DNA of 64,000 nucleotides. Source: the human T2T-CHM13v2.0 reference genome, Homo sapiens. Position numbers and translations under genes: made by a program. The notes beneath the pieces are model-generated. The model had not been told where the DNA came from. It saw nothing but the letters and a program-made list of their open reading frames with translations, and searched no databases. Position 1 is the first letter of the stretch; the number at the start of each line of letters is the position of its first letter. Location: the NCBI RefSeq assembly GCF_009914755.1, contig NC_060939.1, one strand, 5' to 3'. This document shows positions 12,711-27,004 of this stretch, piece by piece.

Positions 12711-14084
12711 GTAAGTAGACCCCCAAGATTAAAGTTCAAAAACTGAAAAACCTTCTTGGGTTTTAGGTTGGGTCTTTGAGATATTGACGTTTACACAAAG
12801 AGGTCATCATCATCTGATATTTGAGGACTCTGGAGTCGGACCAAAGGCCTATTGAAAGATCCAAGCCACTGCAAATTGACTTGGCAGAGGAAGATCCTCT
12901 TGAATAGGAAAGAAAACCATCACAGTGTCACTTGCAGCAGCAAACACCATATGCTTGACTCAGCATCCATTACTGGGGAGGTGACAGAGCCAGAGAAACA
13001 CAAATCTGACAAGTAGGGCAATCCTTTGTCAATCGGAGCACAACATTTCTCTCTCTCAAATCAGTTTAAAGGACATGTTCTTTGCCAAGAAGCTCCACAG
13101 AAACCTGAAAATGTATGCTTTTATTATGATGGGTTTTCATTTCAATTTTGAAATTCTGGGACAACTGCTTAAAAAGGAAAAGAAAAGATGCGATAGAAGG
13201 GAAAGCACATTCAGCTAAGACAGGTTTCTTGTCAAGATCTAAAATATGTCAAGACACACTTCTGTCTTTCTTGAGGATAGAAAGTAATTGGGAGGGGAAG
13301 GAATACACAGAACCCTTGAATGAGACTTGCTGTTCCTGGCTGCTTAGACTTTAGAGAATAATGAAAAATAAATTTACTGTTGGCTAAAATGTTTGTGAAA
13401 ATGGGCATTGTATTTCAGGGGATTTCAAAGCTGTAATGAATAAATAAGATTAGTTTCATCATGAAAGCAGTAGTTTTTAAGGGAATTTTGAATAAATCAC
13501 ATGAGCAAGAAAATAGAAGTATGATTTGAGAATTTAAATTATACATTTTTTTGAATGAGTGCAGTAGCAGAGTAACAGTGAAACAGCTTGAGAAAACTTT
13601 TTCTCCTCCTTTTCATAGCCCCTGAACCAAATGACAAAATAATAAATTAAAGTATATAGAATTAAACTTAATAATAAGTGGAAGTGGTTTTATAAAGATA
13701 AGGGAATTTCAGAAAATGCAAGACATATTTATCAAGAGAATATATGTTGTATATAACATTGTATTTGATACTTTTTTGATTGATTACATTTGTTAAGTTA
13801 TAAAATACCTTTTCATTGAAATAAATCAAAGTTGTATATAGGAAAATGTCCATATTCCCCTCCTCACCTTTAACCCTACCCCTCTGGTAATCAGTACTAA
13901 CAACATGGAGTGTATCCCTTCACATTTCATCTTGATAACCAATAAAAATGTTTTAATTATTCTTAGACCAAACTTGGAATTCATTGCAAACATGAATCAT
14001 GTATGATTGAACTATGTACCTTAGTAAATAAATAATAATCAAAATAAACAGATGAATTAATGAATGTTTACCACTGTTTGATGA

Positions 14085-14205
14085 TTAAATGTCTTGAGGC
14101 AGGATATTGCATCTTATTCATCTCTATATGCTAATTAACTATAACATCACCATGCAGTAGTGTGGAGTCTATTCATTTTTCTTGAACTGTTGAATAAATA
14201 CATGA
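14085..14205 (+). mobile_element. L2 3' end
   Basis: TTGAGGCAGGA...TCTTATTCATCTCT...TGTTGAATAAAT. Confidence 0.6.
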
Positions 14206-15939
14206 AGAGTGATCTTCAATCCTAAATTGGCTAATTACAGGGGGAAGTAAGAAAAGAAACAATAAAATGAGTAAAGAGCATAAGGAAAAGAGATAAAGTG
14301 TGAGAGAAATAGTGAGGAAAAAAGAGAGATGGAGGAGGAAGAAAAGAGAAGTAGAGGAAGATAAAGAACAAAAGAGACCTGAAGAGAAAGCCCCAGGGTT
14401 AGAAAATGCACATGGTAGCAGGAAAGAAAGGAGAGCCCAGAAACAGAGTGCATTTTCCAAGTCTCAGTAGTCTACCTGTCAAAAGCCATTCTTAACTCAT
14501 CTTACTTCCTTTTCCTCCAAATCGAATCACTGAGAATATCTCAGATGTTTGGCCCATACTTTCCCTTTCTTAACCAGCCTTTTCACTGCATTTTCCTACT
14601 TAACCACAATTTATTATGTACATAGCCGTTGAATTAATTTTCACTGCAATGCTGTTTAAATCTTAACATTTACTGCTAAAACTAGTTTTATGTATTTATC
14701 ATGCTTAATAAATTCAAACTCATTATCCCCAAGTTTAAGACACTCTATAAGGTGCCCTGTTTATCTTCTGAGTCTTTTCACCGGTCTAGCCAATATAGCT
14801 AGGTTGTCATGTGTCTAACATAGTGTATAAGTTCCCGTTTCAACTGCATCTTACCCAACACAGACTGTTCTTGCCCCAATCCATTCAATGCAGTGCCAAT
14901 CATTATTCTGCAGCTGTTAGTGAGTGCTTCTTTTGAATGCCAAGAATGTTAATAACATTAATTCTAAAGTACAATGACATGTAGCTAGCTATTACGGACG
15001 CATTCTCTTAAAACTTCATGAGTGTGTGATTGCTCCCTTCATTACTTGAAAGATTATATGATGCACCTACACTGTGCCATGGAATAATGTTTAAAAAAAA
15101 ATAGTTCCTACCTTCACAGAGCCTGAAGTCTAGTGAAAATGATGAGTAAATACAATAATGCATTATGATTACTAACAACAAGAGAAAAAAGGTGCCCCCA
15201 GAGAGAAACCAATACATATGGTATAATGGTAATAAACTAAAACAAACTTTACAAATTTTATGATATTTTGGGAGGAATTTCTATTTGACTGTAAACCTAG
15301 TTGAGTTGTACTGGGAAATATAACCAGTGACTAATTCATGTTATGTCTTATGATAGAGGTCTTGAAAGAGGTCAAAGATATTTTTTATTATGCCACACCA
15401 TCTGCTTCTTATCTCAGGAACCCAGAGTTTGTTTCTTTTCTGCACAAGGAGTACTTTTTGAGGCTACTAGAGTATGTTTTCTCTTTTATCTTTTGAAATT
15501 ACTTTCCGAGTTCCAGAAAACAGCAGTCAAGGAAACAGCATTGCTGATTAAACATTAGATCATTGGAGTTGCAGCACTCATGGTGCATGTCACTCTTTGC
15601 AAAAAACACCATGTACATGACTCAGCATCCCAGAGCAACAAGGTGAGGCAGTCAGAAAATATCCTGACCCCAGGGATCTTCTTTCCAACTATTTTAATAT
15701 CCACTGGCTATTCTTTGAGGAATCTTTGATTACTATGGTTATTGTAAAATTATCAATCTTGTTAATATTGGCCTTTCTGATGGATATGGGCTCTTCATTT
15801 ATTGTAATTTTCATTGGCATTTTCAGATTTCAGATTATATACAGTAAATTTTGATATAATTGTTGGTCATTTCAGTAGCCTCTTCTTTGAAATGCGTGTT
15901 TGAGATTCATGTCCATTTCTTTAAAAATGTTATTTATGT

Positions 15940-16062
15940 TTTATTTCAACAGCTTTAGGTGGTTTTGGTCACATGGATGGCTTGTATAGTGAAGAAGTCA
16001 GGGCTTTTAGTGTACCATCACCCAAATAGAGTACATTGAACCAAATAGGTAATTTTTCATCT
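15940..16062 (-). mobile_element. L1PB/L1MA 3'-terminal fragment
   Basis: GGTTTTGGTCACATGGATG...TTTTAGTGTACCATCACCCAAATAG. Confidence 0.75.
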
Positions 16063-16072
16063 GTTATGTCCA

Positions 16073-16358
<286 letters not shown>

Positions 16359-16649
16359 AATATCAGATCATATGTCTTTAAAAATATGATTCTTTAGTGA
16401 GTGATGTTTGTTTTGAACAGTTTCTTCCTTTCTGCACTTTTTATTTCTAGTGTTTATATTGATGAACAGAAATATACTGACATATTAACTTTTTTCATAT
16501 CAATTTTTTCAAATTTTTGGTTAAGGCTTTTTCTGTCCTGTTTAGGAATTCCTTCCCATTATTCCTAATATTACATTTTTAAAGCTGTATTGTTTAATCT
16601 TTCGTGTTAACATCTACAATAAATCTACAATCCTCAAGAAGGCTAAAAA

Positions 16650-17030
16650 AAAAAAAAACCCAATGCGGTAAAGATTCACCTAAAGAAAATAGAAAAACCG
16701 TAAACAACAAACTCAAATAAAGTATAATAAAGGCTATAATAAAATAAAAAGATAAATTAATTATATAGAAAGCTGAAATACAGTAGAGAAGATGAAGATG
16801 AATAAAAACAAAAATTGATTATTTGAAGACAATAAAATCGAAAAGACAAGATAGGAAATATCAAGAATAAAAATAAGAACATCACCATAGATTCTGAGCC
16901 GTTAAAATGATTATAAAATGATATTATAAGCATGTCTAGTTAATAAATTTGAATTGACACAAGACAAAATAGACCATTGGCAAAGTCCTATAACTACTAA
17001 ATTAAACAGATAATTTAAAACCTTTCCTGG
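16650..17030 (+). mobile_element. Old L1M ORF2 fragment
   Basis: A-rich ORF2-like sequence (ATTTGAAGAC...AATAAAATCGA, CATCACCATAGATTCTG). Confidence 0.65.
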
Positions 17031-18326
17031 TCTTCTTGTGCTCATTGAAACACCTTCACCACCTAACGTGGAACTCCAATTATTCTAAATGCCCAATAAC
17101 TATTTTATAAGTGGCTAACTGGCTTTTTAGAACAATTGCATCTATAGTTATTGGGAGTGTAAGCAATATTGTGGAGGGAAATAGGACAGTAAAGAATGAA
17201 ACTTTCAAAAATGCTTGTATTATTTGATAAAGCAATTCCTTTTATAGGAATTTATCCAAAAGAGGTTGCCAAAAATGTACAAAATATGTGTCCCTTTAAA
17301 AATACCATTATAAAATGTAAGCGAGCTCAGTGTCCAAAAACAGAATACAATGTATTTTATATAATATTGATCAGAAAATATTAAATTTATGTCTCATTCA
17401 AACAAATCTTTAGAAAGTCAAAGTTCAGCTTGCCACTAGCTCCATCTGTCTGGATGCACTGTATAATTGGCCAAGATGTCTCTCAGACTTAAGGGTGGAT
17501 TTTCCAATGACCTAGTATATTATCAACTGCCCAGCCACATCTTAACTATAGAGATATTACAAATAATAACTACCTTTTTGTTACACAAGGAAAGAGAATG
17601 AAATTTTATTTTATATTTTAATTTTCCTCATTAAAATCTATGCATTTCTTTTTTAAAAAGTAGGTTTGAATCTGCTCTGAATAAAAGCAGTATACATATT
17701 ACATAGAATTAGACTTAAAAATTTATAAATAGAATTGAATATGTTGGAAGTGATGCCATTAGATCTGGTGACTTTAACAGTGTGAGATCAGCCCCTGGAT
17801 CTCTCCCCGCTGGACATCTGATTTTTATTACATCCCTTAGCTCTCTACCTCCTTGCCTTCACTGCCTCATGTTTGGAGTATGTTGTGTGACCTCAATACA
17901 TTCCTGTGATAAGATTATGTCATATAAGTATGCATATGATACTTATATGATAGCAGATCATATGCATATAATGGACTAATGTGCATATAATTTAATTATA
18001 TGCATATAGGTATGGGATAGATGCATTAAATACTTTTAGGCATTAAAATCCATCCTGTAGAATGCGTTGACATTAGAAAATGCAAAGTATTGTTGAATGA
18101 ACAAAGACATTTACAAAACAGCAAATACGGCATGCTCTCAACCTTGTAATTTTGCCTAGAATTAGAGTAACTATATTTATAGGCAGAATATATGGCAGTA
18201 CATATTGTGTGTTGTTAGCACAAAATATCTACTCCTTTGGCCTGCCTAAAATTTGTATTATTTAGACAATATATTTTTTCAGAACACATTAGCACTGAAA
18301 AGGGTTTTTTCCTCCATTTTCTACAG

Positions 18327-18640
18327 CAAACAGAGATTTTGAAATGAACATGACACATTTTCCAGAAATGGGGAGATGATGAGGACAGATGTTTTCCTAA
18401 TTCCTGCCCCTTTGAACATGATCTGCCTCACAATCTGAGTTATTATAAGTACAAAGCAGGTACTGAGTAATGAAAACATATGTAACAAAAACAAGAAAGC
18501 GGAGGCCAGTTCCTAATCTGGAACAGGACAGATCCAGGATGAGACAATGAAGCTAAAATTGACTCATTACAGTTTTGCCTAGGATGGTCTTACGTCAGAG
18601 CCAGCCACCCTGCCTCCATCTATGCACCTGTCTTTCACAG
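18327..18640 (+). other. Candidate exon
   Basis: TTTTTTCCTCCATTTTCTACAG acceptor; CAG|GTAATT donor at 18641; alternative CAG|GTACTG near 18460. Confidence 0.25.
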
Positions 18641-18949
18641 GTAATTCATGTTTAAATGTATCAATTCACCCAGGTTCTGGAAGGGACATATCTCCAGCTT
18701 GTTTAGGTATCCTCTAATGCCTCATTATATCTATTATCACTACATCAAGGTACAATCATATATAAGGAATAACTACAGGATTTTCAACTTAGTAGTGCTG
18801 AGTAAGAAATAAGAGATTGTTGTAGAGCAAAGTCATGAAAAAGACTGAGCTACAGAAATTTAAAAATAAAGTATAACTAGGTATAAAGATTGTACTGATG
18901 TTAGGGGCCCTAAATCCTGAGAGATGCACATGATAAAAGATTAAAGGGC

Positions 18950-19145
18950 TACAAATCACTTACTTCTATCATAACACATATATTTTAGTCTAATTGTCTA
19001 TTTTTTGTGTGTCTCTTCATTAGCCTATGAATTTCTTGAATGCAGGGTCTGTATCGTCTTCATCTGTGTACCCCCCACCAACACACATACACTTAGTGAA
19101 GTGTTTGGCATAGAGAAGAAATTTAATAAATGAAAGTTGAGAATA
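18950..19145 (+). mobile_element. L2 3' end
   Basis: TTCTTGAATGCAGGGTCTGT...GTGTTTGGCATAGAG...AATAAATG. Confidence 0.65.
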
Positions 19146-21560
19146 CAATTTTATGAATGAGAGCTAATGAGAGAGAAAGAAATAATAATATGCCATCCAA
19201 AAGAAGTAAAAGCAATCAAGTTATCTTTTATACAAATACTAGAGACTTACAAGTTTCAGGGCTAAGGAGTTCAACCCCATGGGTAGAAATGGTATTCCCA
19301 TCTCTGGGGAAAAATGAACTTAAAAGCATACTTCATCCATGATTTAATCAAGGTATTATTGAGATCTATAAGAAGCAGCAATTTTCATCATTGGAAATGA
19401 ATAAGAAATAAGATATTTCTGCTGCAAGAGCAATTTAGATTAATGTTACTGAGAAAGAAAAGAATGAACAATTGTAATACTCAAATGCTGCCCAGTTTTT
19501 AAGAACACCAAAGTAGATTCACGTTTTCATGTGCCTGAGGTGATTAGGTGAAATCCTGCATGAATACAGAGACAAATATATGAGGTAGACTGTTACATTC
19601 ATTAAAATTTTAAACCCTGATGTTCTACAATTGCAACATAAATTCCTCATTTTAAAGGTAGTTGTATAATACACGCTACAGAATAGAAAATTAACAGTTG
19701 GAAAAAGATGAAGTCCAGAGATTCCAGATTAAAGTTTGGTTTTTATATGGAGTCGTATTTGCTTACCTTAGGATTGTAAGGACATGATATTAAAATAGTT
19801 CCATTCATAGTTCTAATAATAGCTCTATTTTGGGTATTTGAAACAAAAATTTGGAGGAAAACGTATTTTCAAAAAGTTAAATATACACACTCATGAGCTC
19901 ATTAATATCTCTTATAAATCATGTAGGAATTTTACTAAACAAAATACATTTTATAGAAGTAATTTAATAAATATTATATTTGTTTTCATTTACTCATTAA
20001 ACTTATTGAGTAATATGTCTTTCTCTGTGCCTAACTCTGTCCTATCAGTTTTGGGGATACCTTGATGACAATATCATATCTGGCATGCATAATGCCATTT
20101 CCTCCTTCCACATACAATTCTCAGATTTTTAAACTCTTTCTTATCAAGCCCAGACATGCCCTCAGCATCCTTCTCATCACAGGACTTTAGGCAGCCACTT
20201 CCATTTGGTGAAAAGTAGCACGCAAAATGCATCTAATTTGCCATTTCTCATATGTGACATCAAATAACTCAGTCTAGTTGAAGACAGTACACAGCTCACA
20301 AATGTTTGTGTGTTTTGATAAGGCAGGATTTTGATCATTAGTGTGGACTGTATAAGTTTCAGTGGAGGAAGAGATCACTCCAGGCTGGAGCAGGAACAGA
20401 GGTGAGTTCAGGTAATTGGTCTGCCACTTGGCAGTGTTGAAATGTGGCTTCGAGTTTAAAGGGGGAGAATGATCAAACAGAACAAAACAGTAGGAACAAA
20501 AATGTAGGTAGAGGATGAATGTGCAATGTGTTCATCATTATGCAAGGTAATATTTCTTTTTTAAAATATGCACTAATGTAATTTCTTAAATCCCCAAGGA
20601 AACGTCCAATTCTAGCTTATTTTACTGGGTTTGTTAAATAAATATACCTTCTCCTATCCATGTGTTCAATGAATTTTAAACTTCTGACATGTTCCCCTTC
20701 AGCTTGTGTCTTTCTAGCTAGAGTTTAAATTTTCCAGTCTATCGCCTCTTATCCCCTTGAGCGTTTTATTTGTCATTCTCTGTACAAGTTGCAAGCACAT
20801 GGACACTTTCTTGAAAAGAATAAAGGGCTGTGGTGACAATAACTTCTCGTGTGCAGACTCATGTGAGTTTATGAAGTGCTGGTGCAAACACCCACTGTCC
20901 CAGGAAATCATCTTGCATGGGCTACTCCTTGAGTTTCCCTTTCACACATCATCTATCATTAATCTCTTTCTTTTATTCAAAAAAAGTTATCAGATGCCAA
21001 CCACTCTTTCAAGGTTTTGTCTAAAATATTGGGGTTAAAGGATTCATAAGAAATGGTCTTTGAGGGCAAAAGAAAATCCAATGAAGTCAACAGATGCATA
21101 AAAAGATATTTGTTTTAAAAAATGAGCAAAATGCAATGATGCCTATGTTCACAGAGTGTCTTGAGAGCAATAAGAAGTGATCTGCAGCTTAGCTTGAGGG
21201 AGGGATAAATCAAGGAAGACTTCCTGGAGGCCAAAGTACCCAGTTTGTATCCTGAGGACTAAAATGATGTTGGTCGAAGAGAGAGACTTCTGAGGAACAC
21301 AGGGCTTATCCCATAAGCAAATGACATAAGCCGTTTGCTATTACTATGTTTCTGACCACAATGCACAACTGACTAAGTTTTGGTTTCTAATCAACAGCCA
21401 CCCGTGTTTCAAAACGGCAATACCATATCCTCAGTTCATAGCTGTGTGTTTCTGATTCAGCATGGAGAATATTATACTGGCCTAGTCTATGATGGCTCAC
21501 AGGTGATACAGAAGGAACCCACTACCCAGTGATAAGAAAATAAAGAGATTTACTCTAGAT

Positions 21561-21747
21561 GAGTGCTTCTGAAAGTGTTGTCCCTAGATGTGCAGCATCA
21601 GCTTCACTTGAGACCATGTTAGAAATGCACATTCTCAAGCCTCGCCTGGAACCTGCTGAATCAGAAACTCTGTGGGTAGGGCCTAGCGATATGTGTTTTA
21701 ACCAGCACTTCAGGTATTTCTGGTATGCTGAAAGTTTGAGAAAACTT
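21561..21747. mobile_element. MER5A hAT-Charlie MITE
   Basis: GTTAGAAATGCACATTCTC...GAATCAGAAACTCTG...AAAGTTTGAGAA; 8-bp TSD CTCTAGAT/CCCTAGAT. Confidence 0.9.
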
Positions 21748-21905
21748 CCCTAGATAGGAGCTGAATCACACCAAAACGGCATTGGTTTTTCCAAAAGAAA
21801 GCTGGAATGTTCTTACCTGAAAGGGAGAACAATGAATGATGGCCAGCTGTTCAATGTTATTCATGAATACAATATTTGGAAAAAATGTATAAGAAGACAG
21901 TCATA

Positions 21906-22255
<350 letters not shown>

Positions 22256-23711
22256 TTAATTAATGAAAGAGTTAAAGGAATTTAAACTGTATCTTTTAAA
22301 AACTACGTGGCCCTCCTTTTAAATCAAAGACTTCAATCCAGGTCTTTCTATTGTACTCCATTTGTATTTCCACATTAGAATTTCTCTATGCCAAAGAATT
22401 ATGAAAATCTATATTTTGCCATTGTACCACTTTAATATTCATTTTAATGACATAATATAAAAATTCCACTTTACTAAGAACACCCATAGCATAAATACCG
22501 TATAATGAGACATTTTAATTTTAATAGCAAAGAAACTGTGCTTATGCATCGCTCTAACATGATGGATAAAAGCATCCAAATTCAGTTCTTAGTACAACCT
22601 TTGGTCTACATTAGCAAAAATAAATATTAACATAAGAAATATATGATGGAAAATCTTTAGCACTGTATGAACAATTAATTCAAAATGGTATATTGATCTT
22701 TAAGCGCCCTAAAATAAAATTTATTAAGCAATTCTAAATGTTTCTCTAGCAAAAGCCTTCAGTATTTCACACATTTTTAGATAACTTAAGTAGAAAGAAC
22801 CTACTAAACATTGAAGCAAATCTTGATGGTTTGGATGGGAAATTCGTGGGCCTCACTAGTAAGACAGAATTTCATAGTTAGGAATATATTCTTATAATAG
22901 CTTCGAAGTCAGCTTCTTTTAAGATAGGTAAATATTACGCTGCTTGCATTTTGATTCCCTACTAAAAAGAGAGTAAATATTCATATGAATTACTCTCATG
23001 ACCTCCTGTTCAATTGAATGGAATAGCTGGTTCAGAGGGAATCTAAAACACTGAGAGGAAACCCATCAGTTTGGATACAGAACCAGGAAAGGGGGTCCAT
23101 GCTGTGTGGAGAACATGGGGGAAATATACATTCCTTTTCTCTTTCTTCTTATTGCTGCTTCTCCCCATTGGTATCAGTGCAGGGGCTAAAATTCTGAGAG
23201 AAAAACTGACCTTCTAGCTAGAGACTGGGAAAGGGGACTTTTAAAACTAGAGAATGTGTGGGAAATACTGAGAAGAAGAGAGGAAGTACTCTAACTATGT
23301 ATATAAGCTGACTAAAATTCCTGCTTTTCTTCCCAAGCTCTTGCAAAAGCAAGATCAAATCCAAGAAGCATAGCAAACATTTTGAGAGCTGAACTAAAAT
23401 ATAACTACCACCCAAGTCCTAGCTGAAATTTTGATTGGTACCTTCAGAATAGCAAAGCCTTTGAAAACAAAACTGATATTGGAACAGCTAGCCAAAGAGG
23501 GTGAAACAGAATTTGTGTTCAAGGCAGAATGGGTTAATTCACAGGTGAAGAACAATTTAAAATTATCCAATAGATCTTAATGGGTTCCAACATCTCATAA
23601 CATATTATTCAAAATTATTAAGATACTATCAAAGTTCTTCAGTATACAAAGAACCAGGAAATCTGACCAATTAACAAAAAAAAAAAAGATATATCACAGC
23701 TATTAAAGTTA

Positions 23712-24365
23712 TAGTCTTACCTCAGGGATATTGCAGGCTCAGTTTAGACCAATGAAATAAAGTGAATATCACAATAAAGTGAATTACACTTTTTTTGGTG
23801 TCCTAGTGCATATAAAAGTTGTTTATACTATACTACAGTCTGTTAAGTATGGAATAGCATTGTGTCTAAAAAATGCCTTAATTAAAAATACTTTATTGCT
23901 GAAAATGCTAAGAATAATCTGAGCTTTCAGCAAGTTGTAATATTTTTGCTAGAGGAGGTTCTTGCCTTGATGTTGATGACTGCTGACTGATCAGAGCAGT
24001 GGTTGCTGAAGTCTGGGGTGGCTGTGGAAATTTATTAAAATCACACAATGAAGTTTGCTGCATCAATTGACATTCTTCATTAAAGATTTCCCTGTAGCAT
24101 GTGATGCTGTCTGATAGCATTTTACTCACAGTAGAACTTCTTTTAAAATTGAAATCAATCCTCTCAAACCCTATTGCTGCTTGATTAACTAAATTTATCT
24201 GATAGTCTAATTTTTTTGTTGTCATGTCAACTGTGTTACAGCATTTGTACCAGTTGTATGTTCCATCTCAGAAACGATGTTCTTTGCTCATCTGTAAGAA
24301 GCAACTCATCATCCACTAAAGCTTTATCATGAGATTGCAGCAATTTAGTCATGTCCTCAGATTCA
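23712..24365 (-). mobile_element. Tigger1 3' fragment with transposase C-terminal remnant
   Basis: Degenerate TIR at about 23712; ORF 23908-24225 (INLVNQAAIGFERID...PQPPQTSATTALISQQ) resembles the Tigger1 transposase tail. Confidence 0.9.
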
Positions 24366-26480
24366 CTTATGTTTATATATATTTAACCTCATTTATATTA
24401 TTTCTGGCATTTTTTTGAATCCGAATATTCATGTAATATCTTGTCTATACAACTTCCTTTAGCATTTCTTGTAGTGCAGGCCTTTGGCAAGAAATTTATC
24501 CCCGCCTGGTGTAAAAAAAAGTATTTAACTTGTTTTCATTTATGAAAAACATTATTACTGTACACAGGGTTCTAATTCTTTCAGTACTTTAAAAATATGA
24601 CTCCATTGCTTTCTGGCTTGCATAATTTATAATGAGAAGTCTGCTGCATTGCTTATATATGTGACTCTGTATGTTTTATTTTATCTCTAATTGGCTAAGA
24701 TTTTTACTTCATTTTTTATTTTCATCACTTTGGCTTAAATGTCTATTTTTTTCTTCTATATTTATCCTTCTTGGGCTTTTCTAGGATTCTTCAATCTGTG
24801 ATTTAAATCTCTTCATTAATTTGGGGAAATTCTCAGTTGTCACCTTTTAAAATATTTTCTCTGACCAGTATGTCCCTCATTTTCTTTCAGAAAGACAATT
24901 ATATGTACATGAGATCATTTTATATTTTCTCATGGCTTTTGGATATTTTGCTTGTTTTTTATTCTGTTTTCTTTTTGTAACCCTGTTGAATAATTTCTAT
25001 TGACCTGTCATTAAGTTAACTCATCCTTTCTTCAGATGTGTCTAGTAAACTGGTATATTTGTCAAAAAAGTCTTCATTTCTGTTATCTATTTCTTTATTT
25101 CTAGGATTTTCATTTGATTTTAAACAGTTTTCTATTTCTATGAAAATACCCCACCTCTTCATTCACATTATCAACCATCATGCCAGACCCTTTAACATAT
25201 TATTTACAGTTATTTTCAAGTCTCTGCTGTCTCTAAGTTCGTTTCTGTTAATGCCTTATCTTTTAAAATGGGTAATTATAGTGTTTATTTGTTAATTTTG
25301 ATGTATCATAGGTTTTATTGAAGAGCAGACATTCTCTATAAACAACAAATATTAGAGACTGAGGTAAATAATAATTAAAACCATAATTTGGCACATCTTT
25401 TCTTTGGCCACTACTTTGAGATGTTGAGTAAATCTAGTAAGAGATTAAGCTGAATTTCACTTTTTTGCTATAGTTACCCTCAAGGCACTACAGATTTAAA
25501 GCCCTGAAATTGTGGAATGCTATTAGTAGTCTCCACATACAATTGTCACAGGGGAGTCTCTCTAAACTCTTGCCCCTCTTTCAGTAGTAGACAGCTAGTG
25601 CTCATGACTCCATTCTTGGCTCATTGTAGGGGACTAGAGGTGGTTATATATCCTCCTGCTTCAGACTCAGTCTTATGCAGCGCCGGTGTACCTTGAGGGT
25701 AAGCCTTTTTCAGCATTTTTGCCTCTCTCCCATGGCAACCAAATTGTCCTGTATCTGTGGAGGTCTCAAGCCAGAGAATGTCCTGTCCATATCCAGTATT
25801 ATTCAAACTCTAATTGTTATTTGTGCAGAATTCTGGATTCAAAATGGCTTCCTGCCTTTCCCTCAGGGAAATATGGCTTTTATTTCTACTTCTCCACCAG
25901 AATCAATAGCTTTACCCAGGCCCAGGGGCTAGAAAGTAGGATTCCTCTTCCTCACTCAGTGACTTAAAAACTTGTGCTTAGATAATCATTCAAGGTATTG
26001 AAAGAGACTTTGTGCCTTCCATCAGCAGCAGTCAATAACCCCTAATGAACCAATAAGTGGGTCATTTGTATTTCCAGTCTCCTATTCTGCCCCCAGTATG
26101 TGTTGTGAGTACCCAGTACAGGCAGATGAAAAGGAACTTTAAGTGAGTACAGACTCCCCTGTGTCCAGTGTTACTAGTTACTCTAAACTGTAACATTAAC
26201 CCACACTTGTCCTTTAATAATTTATAAAAATTTCAACTACTTTATTTTTACATGCTTTTATGGAGACTACTTCTTTTACCTGTGGTTATCCAAAGATAAA
26301 AGAGTAGTGTTTTCTGTCTCTTTGGAGAGTCTTCCTATTCTTTGGAATTCAATTCACTTGTTGGGATAATGATCTCAGCTCTTTGATGGGATCAAAGTGG
26401 TGATTTTGAAGATTTGTCAGCTATTTTTCATGGTTAAGATGGGAATGACTTTCCAGTGTGTTGTTTTTATATCCTAAGTG
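24366..26480 (-). mobile_element. Old L1M ORF1/5' region
   Basis: T-rich antisense L1 phrases (TTTAGCATTTCTTGTAGTGCAGG, AATGAGAAGTCTGCTG). Confidence 0.7.
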
Positions 26481-26918
26481 GAAAAAAAAAACTCCATCTC
26501 CAAGTTAGTTTTTAATTGTTTTACTTCCCTTCCTGGAAACCACACAGAAAATAAAAAAAAATAATAAGAACAAGAACTAACAACTCAAACTCCCATTATT
26601 GGGTGTATGTTAAGAATCTACAAATAGAGAAATTCCACACATTACAAAGTATAGGTAGTCCTCAGTCCAAAACCAATTAAATATGCAAAAGTAAATAATT
26701 AGGTTGTAAAAAGAAATATGTATCTGTAAATATATATACATGGGCATTCATAGATTAAAAATGAATAAGACACACAAAAGTAAAACTCAGTGTCTGAATT
26801 TTGATTTTTAAAATGCTATAAAAGTTATTTTGGAGACAATTGAATATGGTCTGTGTTTAAAATAATATTGTTAATACTATTATCATAGTACTGTTATTAC
26901 TGCTACATTTCTCTATTA

Positions 26919-27004
26919 TTAGGGTGGTGCAAAAGTAATTGTGGTTTTTGCCATTGAAAGTAATGGCAATATTTAGTATATTAGGTATGTTTGCACCAAC
27001 CGAA
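26919..27004. mobile_element. MADE1 (Hsmar1 MITE) with altered right arm
   Basis: TTAGGGTGGTGCAAAAGTAATTGTGGTTTTTGCCATT...AATGGCAA...TTTGCACCAACC, within an old L1M 3' end (about 26700-27240). Confidence 0.9.

Noticed and set aside
23908-24225. Transposase-like ORF, possibly domesticated
   Set aside because: Only the decayed C-terminal tail of a Tigger1 fragment
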